DNA from: an uncultured virus (IMG/VR IMGVR_UViG_3300030104_005222)
Taxonomy: Duplodnaviria > Heunggongvirae > Uroviricota > Caudoviricetes
Length of the DNA stretch: 64,000 bases
Virus record (IMG/VR): IMGVR_UViG_3300030104_005222
Span: 1-64,000 of that record
Reading direction: 5' to 3' (one strand)
Made by a program: the position numbers and the translations under genes. The notes under the pieces were generated by a model. It was given only the letters and a program-made list of their open reading frames with translations. It searched no databases and was not told the origin of the DNA. Positions 56,460 to 64,000 of this stretch are shown here, in pieces; positions within the stretch are counted from its first letter, which is position 1; each line of letters opens with the position of its first letter.

Positions 56460-59237
56460 ATGGCGGCTTTTAACCCCAAGAGTTGTGGCGCTCAGTGCGA
56501 CATTTGTCCCTTGGGGCCAGAAGGTCCGTTGCGTAAGGATGAGTGGAAGCCCGTCGGTGGAGAGTTTCATCGGGGGGCTTCCGTCATCGCAATAGCAGAG
56601 GCTCCTGGCGCTGATGAAACACGTCATGGTAGGCCTTTAGTGGGTCGTGCCGGTGGTGAGTGGGTCACCGCACTGACCGGAGCCGGTAAGCGTCGAGTGG
56701 ACGTTGACTTAGACCATGTCATATCGTGCAGGCCATCGGGACAAGACTCAGGTGCTTGGCGTCGAATGGACAAAGAACTTGACCGACTCAACAGAAAGCG
56801 TGTCAAGAATGGTGACGACCCGTATCCACATCCAGCCACCTGTTGTCGTCCACGACTGCTCGACGTTGTGTCAAAGTATCAAAGTGTCATTACACTGGGT
56901 AAAACTGCAACGTCGGCCATAACGGGTCAATCATCGAGCATTCAATCGATGCGTGGTGGGCCGATGTTGGTGAACGACGATTGGGACTGGGTGCCCGACA
57001 ATGGCGTTCGCAAAGTACTCGCGACCCTACACCCCTCGTTTATTTTACGATCACCAAGTTGGCGGCACGTACTTCACTCGGACATTGCAAAGGCATTTCG
57101 TTGGTTCAACGGATGCCTACGTTGGGCTCAGCCAGACTCAATAATTAATCCAACACCAGATGAGCTTAGGGCATGGCTATCGCAGCCTGCACCATTCTGG
57201 GCATATGATGTCGAGACTGATGGCATTGAACCGTTAGAATGCAACCTACGCACAATCGCGATTGCGATTCCGGACTTGGATGAAAACAATCGTGCGGCCA
57301 CAACTGTTGTATCTCAGAACGCAAGAGCCATTGGTGTCGGGTTGCTATCCACTGACGGAATGACCCGACTGTATCCGCCGCACCAGGAGCAAGAGATCCT
57401 GGATATTTTGAGGGCTGCTTTTACGGATGGTCGTGTGTGGGTGGGTCACAATGCCGGATACTACGACAGGATGGTGATTGAGACTCAGCTTGGAGTCACA
57501 CCTAAGCCGTTGGTTGACACGCTGTTTCATGCACGATTCCGTGCACCAGACTTACCTAAAGGTCTCAAAACGATTGGCTCCGTCCTTACCGACGTTGAGC
57601 GTTGGGAGACAACAGAGAAGGGTACAAAGATTTCGACGGGTAGCCAGGATGACTTGGAGTTGCTGAAGTACAACATCGTGGACTCTACAGTCAATGCGCG
57701 TATCGTCGTGCCCCTGATTCATGCATCAACAGAAGTTGGTGCGTTTGAGCCCGCAAACGAACACCTTAGACCAAACGGTTGGGACGAAACCCGTCCATGG
57801 AATTTGAATGAAGTCGATCACGCAACGCAAGAAATGTGCGTGGGTATGCACAAGTCAGGTGTATGGGTTGACCAAAAGCTTAGGAGCGAGCTTGAATTTG
57901 AGTACGACATCTCAGTACGTAAGCGGTACAAAAACCTGCAGAAGTTGGCTCAAGATGTAGGGGTTAAAACTCTGGACCCTGACTCTGTGAACGAACTGAA
58001 CCCCGGTAGCGCCGACCAAATACGGAACCTTTTATACGAGAAGTGGGGTTTAGGGATTCCAGCTTCGATGGATGCCCGTGAGTTTTATACGGAGACGGGT
58101 GCGCCTGGGACCGGTGATGCGGTGATTCGCGCTCATCTTGCGTCAGGTAGATTGGACCAAAATCAAGAGTCATTTTTAAAAGAGCTTCGTTTATATCGGA
58201 GAGAGAAAAATAAAATATTGGGCACAGTCCTGATCCCTTTGAGGCGTAGGGACATGGACGAAAAGAAAGGGTTGGTCCATGAAGATGGTCGAGTCCGATC
58301 TACATGGAACGCTCATGTAACCAGTGTGGGTAGGCTATCAAGCAGTGGTCCAAACCTACAGAACATTGGTAATCGAAAAGGGCAGGGGCGACTCAAAAAG
58401 ATATTTGCAGCACCGCCCGGCAGAATTTTAGTTGGCGCTGACTTAGACCAAGCTCACCTTCGAATCACAGCCTGCTACTGGCAGATACCCCGGCTTCTCG
58501 AATGCTTCGATACCGGCAAAGATCCGCACAATCTCTTGGCTTATGACGTATTTGGTAACGACTTTAAGAATGCGTCGGGGTGGGGTCCTGACGGATTCAG
58601 CCTCGACCGTAAGCCAGGTGGCGGCGAGGCCAAGGCGATGCGTGACGTCATGAAAACATTTCGCTACGCTTCGATCTATTGGGCCGACCCCACAACGGTT
58701 TGGCAAGTGTTGACCAGTACCGAGACTGATGACGGACGTATGCCTTACCTGAAGTTTGAAACCCGAGAGGTCCGTCACTTCCACAACAAATGGTTGGAGG
58801 CGGAGCCTGAGTGGGAGGTTGCCTGGAAAAACATGATGCAGATGTATGACCATCAAGGATTCATGGTAGAGCCTGTGCTGGGTCGAAGGTCCGGCCCCCT
58901 ATCTGATGGCAAGAAAAACGAGGTGGTCAACTTCCCTATCCTTGCAGCAGAGTCATCGATCATGAGGTTGGCAGAGCAAGCAATCATCAATGAGTTTCCA
59001 TTTCATTATGCGGGCAAGGGTACGGGAATGATCCATCAATGCCACGATTCAATTGCGGTTGAAGTACCGCTGCCCGATGGCGTCGACCCCAATTGGGCTC
59101 CTGGTGATGGCGAAATGCACCCTGAGATTAAACGAATTCAAGAAACTGTAGAAGAATGTATGACCGTAACTATTCCCGGTTGGGAAGTAACCATGACTGC
59201 TGAAGCCGATGTTGGTCGCAGTCTAAAGGATGTGTAG
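56460..59237 (+). CDS. family A DNA polymerase with N-terminal uracil-DNA-glycosylase-like domain and 3'-5' exonuclease
   Basis: AEAPG..E...GRPLVG.AG, CRP, LHPS (UDG); YDVET, GHNAGYYD, YN..D (exo); GRLSS..PNLQNI, motif A D, K...Y...Y, HDS (pol). Confidence 0.92.
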   Translation: MAAFNPKSCGAQCDICPLGPEGPLRKDEWKPVGGEFHRGASVIAIAEAPGADETRHGRPLVGRAGGEWVTALTGAGKRRVDVDLDHVISCRPSGQDSGAWRRMDKELDRLNRKRVKNGDDPYPHPATCCRPRLLDVVSKYQSVITLGKTATSAITGQSSSIQSMRGGPMLVNDDWDWVPDNGVRKVLATLHPSFILRSPSWRHVLHSDIAKAFRWFNGCLRWAQPDSIINPTPDELRAWLSQPAPFWAYDVETDGIEPLECNLRTIAIAIPDLDENNRAATTVVSQNARAIGVGLLSTDGMTRLYPPHQEQEILDILRAAFTDGRVWVGHNAGYYDRMVIETQLGVTPKPLVDTLFHARFRAPDLPKGLKTIGSVLTDVERWETTEKGTKISTGSQDDLELLKYNIVDSTVNARIVVPLIHASTEVGAFEPANEHLRPNGWDETRPWNLNEVDHATQEMCVGMHKSGVWVDQKLRSELEFEYDISVRKRYKNLQKLAQDVGVKTLDPDSVNELNPGSADQIRNLLYEKWGLGIPASMDAREFYTETGAPGTGDAVIRAHLASGRLDQNQESFLKELRLYRREKNKILGTVLIPLRRRDMDEKKGLVHEDGRVRSTWNAHVTSVGRLSSSGPNLQNIGNRKGQGRLKKIFAAPPGRILVGADLDQAHLRITACYWQIPRLLECFDTGKDPHNLLAYDVFGNDFKNASGWGPDGFSLDRKPGGGEAKAMRDVMKTFRYASIYWADPTTVWQVLTSTETDDGRMPYLKFETREVRHFHNKWLEAEPEWEVAWKNMMQMYDHQGFMVEPVLGRRSGPLSDGKKNEVVNFPILAAESSIMRLAEQAIINEFPFHYAGKGTGMIHQCHDSIAVEVPLPDGVDPNWAPGDGEMHPEIKRIQETVEECMTVTIPGWEVTMTAEADVGRSLKDV

Positions 59238-59239
59238 GA

Positions 59240-59671
59240 ATGAATAGAGCACAATGGTTTTTAGCGCACTCGAAACAAGATGAACCAACGGACATCGAAA
59301 CGTGGTGCAGTCAACTCGGTGAGAAGTTGAGTGATGACGAATGGGATGCGACCGTGATCGCTGGTCGAGACGACTATGAGAACAGGTCGGCTGCATTGGG
59401 TGGGTGGAAAGCCTGGTGTCGAGATATCCCCTGTGGTGTAGACTATACAGGAGCACCACTATACCACGGTGTCATCGTTCCTATAGATTCTTTACTTGAC
59501 GCTCCAACGGTGGGTAAGGCTACGGCTCAGATACTCCAAGGATTTTTGTCAGAAAGCAAACACGTCTTTGCATGGTGCCCAGATTCAAAGGCGTTTAGAC
59601 AAGTCTCAGAAGTCACACAATTACCTGAGGACGACTGGACTTCATGGGCACGGTTAGAGTTTAGCGATTGA
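59240..59671 (+). CDS. hypothetical protein
   Basis: 143 aa directly after the polymerase. Confidence 0.65.
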   Translation: MNRAQWFLAHSKQDEPTDIETWCSQLGEKLSDDEWDATVIAGRDDYENRSAALGGWKAWCRDIPCGVDYTGAPLYHGVIVPIDSLLDAPTVGKATAQILQGFLSESKHVFAWCPDSKAFRQVSEVTQLPEDDWTSWARLEFSD

Positions 59672-59696
59672 CAGTGTGGTAACTAACCGATACATT
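59668..59696 (+). promoter_or_regulatory. sigma70-like promoter
   Basis: TTGACA-N17-TACATT; the spacer contains the GTGGTAAC octamer. Confidence 0.55.
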
Positions 59697-59733
59697 TTTA
59701 AGCCAACCCAAAGCACGAACGCATGGAGGATTT

Positions 59734-61734
59734 ATGCGACCGTATGTGAATAGTATTTTTAGTAATCTTAAGACGCCCAGAGCCAACGGAGAAGCATGGA
59801 ATGTTGAGTTAGGTCAACACACTTTGCTCGTGGGCTCGAACACCAGTCACAAAAGCAGCGTCATTCAATCAGTAGAACTTGCGATTGCAGGATCTGCAGA
59901 CGACATCTTTGGTCGTAGTGCTGTATCGGATGCAGCGCTGTTGCTGACGTTAGCCCCTGGAGATGAACTTGGGATTACCGCAAACCTGAACGACAGTAAG
60001 GGGAACACTACATCTAGTTTTAACCTGCGTCGTGAAGACGGAAAGTTGAAGCGCCCTACGATGGACGTTCCTGGTGCCGAGTGCTTAGTTCATCGATCGG
60101 TCAAGGCCGCACTCTCAGGCTCATCAACTACGGCACGCAAGGCTTTCCTGGGATGGTCAAGCGGCAACACAGGATTAGATGATGTGCTTGAGTACATTCC
60201 AGATGATCTGCAGTCGAAGTACACCGACATCGTGAAGTTTAAGGGTCGTGGAAAGTCAGCGGTTGAGGGACTGTTAGAGGTGACAAACTATGCAGGACAG
60301 CGTCAACGCGAAGCATCGAAAGAAGCGAAGGGTGCTGAGATCATCATGGAAAACCTTGGCGACAAGGTAGATGCTCGGCCTACAGATGCGGAAATGGATA
60401 AGATGCGGTTTGCTGTGGCTGAAGCAAAGAATGTTCTTGATAAGTCTATTAGGAACCCGACTAATCGAAAGACTCAGGCAGAATTAGATCAAGAGATCCA
60501 GGCGGAAGTAAACAAGATTAATCATTACGAAAGCCAGAAACTTGGTTTGCAGAAGGAGATCGAATCGCTCAAAGCTACGATGCCCCATCTGGGTGACAAC
60601 GTATCGCTCGCGGCGCAGATCATTGACGTCGCTGTAAGTCATAATCTTGACGCATGCCCCGTGTGCAGTAGTCAAGTTGGTCTTGATCACCTGAAAAACT
60701 GCCAGTCTTTTTATCTCAAACAAGAGAGTGACTGGAAGGTACAGGTAAAATCTACGCTGGATCTTGTGAACAAGAAGACAGGTGAGATTGAATTTTTTGA
60801 TCGCCAAATCGCAGATAGCAACTTCACATTAGAGAAGTTGAAGCAAATGCCTGTTCAGGTTTCCAACTCTGATGCTATCCCCCTGGCCGACGCACAATCA
60901 CGATTCGAGGCAGCGATGGCTGCACTGACAAAGCTTGACCAGATTCGAGACGAGTGGGATCGATTGGCATCGGCTCGTGACAAGATGATGTCGATGAAGC
61001 AAGACGTTGAGACCTACAAGCGGTTGAAGGTTTCTTGTGAGATTGCAGTCGGCAAGCTTCTCGAAACTCGTGCGATTGAGTTTTCTGCGCGGGTGCAGAA
61101 GTATTTGCCTGATGACTGGACGTTCAACATTCAACTCATGGATGGCAACAAGGAGGTCTTTCGCATGGGCATCATGCGTAACGGTAGACTTCACTCGGCT
61201 TTGTCAGGCGCAGAATGGACGTCAGTTGTAACTTCAATTGCTATGGCAGTAGCTGAAGGTCTCGATGATCGTCTGCCCGCCGTATTGATTCCTGACGATC
61301 GTGCGTGGGATGGGAAGACTCTTAGCTCTGTCATGCGTGGCTTCTCTCAGTTTGATGGTCAAGTCATTATGGCGAGCACCATTCGACCCACGGGGCGTCC
61401 ACCAAAAGGTTGGACTATTATTGACATGGACGAAACGAGTGCGTCTTGGGACTCAGTCGACGTTGTAGAAACACCAAAAGTCGAGGAAGGCACAGTCAAG
61501 AAGACCAGTATTAATCATGCAAGTGGTGGCTTTCGGGTGACCACTCGTAGTGCTTTGATTCTGGAAGAGGCTGGGTTTGATGCTACGGTGATTCAATCTA
61601 TGTCGAGAGAGACGGTGGCATCAATCATCAAAGATGGTCTTGCACCGGAAAACATTTCAGTGAACGAAGACGGCAGTTATCAGATTATACGTAGCGCAAA
61701 GGTGTTGCCTATGCCGCCCGCACCAAAAGTGTAG
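59734..61734 (+). CDS. Rad50/SbcC-like ABC ATPase with zinc hook
   Basis: LLVGSNTSHKSS, coiled coils around CPVC, LSGAE signature, VLIPDD. Confidence 0.8.
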   Translation: MRPYVNSIFSNLKTPRANGEAWNVELGQHTLLVGSNTSHKSSVIQSVELAIAGSADDIFGRSAVSDAALLLTLAPGDELGITANLNDSKGNTTSSFNLRREDGKLKRPTMDVPGAECLVHRSVKAALSGSSTTARKAFLGWSSGNTGLDDVLEYIPDDLQSKYTDIVKFKGRGKSAVEGLLEVTNYAGQRQREASKEAKGAEIIMENLGDKVDARPTDAEMDKMRFAVAEAKNVLDKSIRNPTNRKTQAELDQEIQAEVNKINHYESQKLGLQKEIESLKATMPHLGDNVSLAAQIIDVAVSHNLDACPVCSSQVGLDHLKNCQSFYLKQESDWKVQVKSTLDLVNKKTGEIEFFDRQIADSNFTLEKLKQMPVQVSNSDAIPLADAQSRFEAAMAALTKLDQIRDEWDRLASARDKMMSMKQDVETYKRLKVSCEIAVGKLLETRAIEFSARVQKYLPDDWTFNIQLMDGNKEVFRMGIMRNGRLHSALSGAEWTSVVTSIAMAVAEGLDDRLPAVLIPDDRAWDGKTLSSVMRGFSQFDGQVIMASTIRPTGRPPKGWTIIDMDETSASWDSVDVVETPKVEEGTVKKTSINHASGGFRVTTRSALILEEAGFDATVIQSMSRETVASIIKDGLAPENISVNEDGSYQIIRSAKVLPMPPAPKV

Positions 61735-61741
61735 GCAGCGA

Positions 61742-61972
61742 ATGAACTGCCCTAAGTGTGGAAAGAAAACGAAAGTCGTGGACTCGAGAACCAGCGACTC
61801 TCAAACCAACTTCGGTGGCCAGAAGCGGATACACGAATCCGTCTCCTGGTACACCGGAGATTGGGTGTGTCGCAAGAGACGGTGTCGTGCGTGCCAAGAG
61901 TTTTATCTTACGGTTGAAATTTTACTGGACGACCTCGAAGAGGGATGGAGTCCGAAAGATCACAACTCGTAA
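61742..61972 (+). CDS. NrdR-like zinc-ribbon protein (no ATP cone)
   Basis: MNCPKC...TKVVDSR...RKRRC..C...Y.TVE. Confidence 0.75.
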   Translation: MNCPKCGKKTKVVDSRTSDSQTNFGGQKRIHESVSWYTGDWVCRKRRCRACQEFYLTVEILLDDLEEGWSPKDHNS

Positions 61973-62310
61973 GTAGAAACAATATGCACACAACGGAAAA
62001 CAATCTCAGCACCATAATCGTTTGAGATCTTATACATGGTCGGTGAACGCTGACCTCTGACCGATGACGGAGCCGATTGAACAATTTTCAAAGCTGCGTC
62101 GTAGTTATCTTTATCCCGAAAAGGAATTTGATAATTACCGAAGTCAGTACTTAAGTTGATCACGTACGTTTTTGGTTGAGGTTCAGGTGCCTTTGGTGCC
62201 TCTTTTTTAGGTGCAGCTTTCTTAGGTGCAGCTTTTTTCGGTGCAGCTTTTTTTGGTGCTGACGTTTTTGCTGGTGTCTTCTTTGTTGTTGGTTTTTTTG
62301 CCGTAGGCAT
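61960..62310 (-). CDS. histone H1-like (PKKAA repeat) protein with C-terminal domain
   Basis: APKKAAPKKAAPKKAAPKKEAPK; AAGGAG RBS. Confidence 0.7.
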   Translation of the reverse strand: MPTAKKPTTKKTPAKTSAPKKAAPKKAAPKKAAPKKEAPKAPEPQPKTYVINLSTDFGNYQIPFRDKDNYDAALKIVQSAPSSVRGQRSPTMYKISNDYGAEIVFRCVHIVSTYEL

Positions 62311-62503
62311 GGAAGCTCCTTACTTCAATAAAATTACTATAACAGAATGTAGGTTTTGGTGGTTTGACAGATCGGTCGTAGTGCCGATAGAGTTGTCGGG
62401 TCTGATTCAAAACTCCCCAGGTAATGGTTCAGGCTTTGGGTTGCATCGTCCAGATTTGTCATCTGGGCGGTGCGTTCCCGTGGAACGGACTTTAATATAA
62501 CGG

Positions 62504-64000
62504 ATGGTGAAAATGGAAAGTGATGGCTCAGCGACGGTAGAAGAACCTCGCAGTGCAGAACAGGCTGAGCCCAGTCGAACAGCAGGAGAACAGGCTGAAG
62601 AGATTATTCAGTCTTTATTGTCTTCGTTGCAAGAGGGTAATCGAGTAGAACAACGTGCTGCTTGGGCAGAGTTGCATGACCCAGACATCATGGCCACGTT
62701 GGCCGATGGGTGGAGACAATCGGAAGGCACGTTGAGTGCGGCGCTTTCGATCATTGAAACAATACCAGGACAGGTGCAAAGGTCTCGTACGTTTCGATCT
62801 GCGGTTAGGCGCTTGGCAGAAGAGCGTAGTCGTCGAGACGCCGAGGCTATGCTGGATCAACTTGAGGAAGAGTTGGGTCAACCACAAACGTTGGCTTTGG
62901 CGTTTGGTCCTGGTGCACCACCACCCTCTGTTGTTGAGCACCAAACGTTGGAGACGCTTCATGTCCCAAGGGGATACGAGATTGATCTGACTGGTGTGTA
63001 TCGTTTAGCCGCATCAGTAGACGGAACGATCAACAGAACAAAGATTGCTGCCGCACCGATTTTTATCGGGGGCCGGACGATTGATGTGTACACGGGCGAG
63101 GCAAAGCGTCAGGTCATCTGGCGTGGTCCAAGCGGCTGGTGCTCACGTGTTATAGAGAGACGAACAATTTTAGACGCTTCAAAGATCGTCGCATTGACGA
63201 ACCTGGAAGCACCAATCAATTCAAACACAGCCGGTCAGATGGTTTCGTACCTGTCTGATTTCGAAGCTGAGAACAGTCATAGGTTTCCTGTGGTACGTTC
63301 TGCGGCTCGGATGGGTTGGCAACCTGACGGTGGGTTTTTATTACCCGATGTGTTTTACGCTGCGAATGATGAGGCAAGTTCCAATTTTGCTTTGACTCCA
63401 CCAAGCGGGCTAGAAACTTTATCATCTGGGTGGACTACCGCTGGATCCTGGGACGACTGGATCGAAGCGATGGAGCTTGTCTCATCATTCCCTTACATGT
63501 ACATCGCTACATACGCGGGTGCTGCTGCACCATTGCTTTCGATACTGAAGATCCCTGGCTTTGTTGTGGACTTTAGTGGAGAGACAAGTGGTGGTAAGAC
63601 TACTGCGTTGCGATTTGCTGCTTCTGTTTGGGGTCGTCCCGCTGAGTCATATCCAACAGCCATGTATTCCTGGGACGCTACGAAGGTTTGGATTGAACGA
63701 ACCAGTGGGTTCCTCAGTAATCTACCGTTGATTCTCGACGAGACGAAACGTGCGCGTCATCCTCGTATTGTGCGTGATGTGATCTATGACTTTTGTCAGG
63801 GGCAGGGTCGTGGTCGTGGATCGGTCGAAGGTACACGGCACACTGAGTCGTGGCGTTCTGTGTTGATCAGTAGTGGTGAGGGTGCAGCGACATCGTTTTC
63901 TCAAGATGCAGGGACACGGGCACGCGTGTTGAGCCTGAAGGGTAAACCTTTGGGATCAGATGTAACCATCGGTTCACGAGTCAGTGAGGAAGCGCAGGTA
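62504..64000 (+). CDS. DUF927-containing replicative helicase (Cch-like), truncated by the window end
   Basis: Translated manually (absent from the track because there is no stop): VPRGYEID..GVY, RMGW, GSWDDW, SGETSGGKTT, LPLILDE, GQGRGR, W.SVLISSGE. Confidence 0.85.
   Translation, partial: MVKMESDGSATVEEPRSAEQAEPSRTAGEQAEEIIQSLLSSLQEGNRVEQRAAWAELHDPDIMATLADGWRQSEGTLSAALSIIETIPGQVQRSRTFRSAVRRLAEERSRRDAEAMLDQLEEELGQPQTLALAFGPGAPPPSVVEHQTLETLHVPRGYEIDLTGVYRLAASVDGTINRTKIAAAPIFIGGRTIDVYTGEAKRQVIWRGPSGWCSRVIERRTILDASKIVALTNLEAPINSNTAGQMVSYLSDFEAENSHRFPVVRSAARMGWQPDGGFLLPDVFYAANDEASSNFALTPPSGLETLSSGWTTAGSWDDWIEAMELVSSFPYMYIATYAGAAAPLLSILKIPGFVVDFSGETSGGKTTALRFAASVWGRPAESYPTAMYSWDATKVWIERTSGFLSNLPLILDETKRARHPRIVRDVIYDFCQGQGRGRGSVEGTRHTESWRSVLISSGEGAATSFSQDAGTRARVLSLKGKPLGSDVTIGSRVSEEAQV

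Noticed and set aside
1..64000. Alternative genetic code, integrase/prophage boundaries, tRNA genes, PurZ or other base-modification genes, reverse transcriptase/DGR
   Set aside because: Standard-code ORFs tile the window densely and none of these signatures was recognised; absence by eye is not proof

Overview
The window is a large part of a tailed dsDNA bacteriophage genome, probably podovirus-like: no tape measure, sheath or integrase is recognisable. Layout: (1) 1-4.3 kb, leftward small early-type genes (DUF3228-like protein, a 27-aa RanBP2-type zinc finger) and an iteron-like octamer array at 2.9-3.2 kb; (2) 4.3-5.2 kb, non-coding, with about 450 nt of nested helices, short repeats and a G-rich box that may mark a genome end; (3) 7.3-14.4 kb, terminase-portal-scaffold block on the minus strand, inverted relative to (4) the plus-strand capsid, tail and internal-protein genes at 14.6-47 kb, which include a 2870-aa polyvalent protein, a tail fibre, four paralogous beta-sandwich genes and a lysis cassette with an L,D-transpeptidase-like enzyme; (5) 47.3-51.6 kb, a minus-strand operon with an HTH regulator, two DUF2589-like genes and a large gene split by an assembly gap; (6) 51.7-64 kb, replication module (SNF2-like helicase, PD-(D/E)XK nuclease, Sak4-like ATPase, SSB-like protein, UDG-fused family A polymerase, Rad50/SbcC-like ATPase, DUF927 helicase running off the end). 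The strongest novelty candidates are the polymerase with non-canonical steric-gate and base-reading residues, the large structured non-coding element and the DUF2589 operon. All family calls come from motif recognition by eye; no database search was run.
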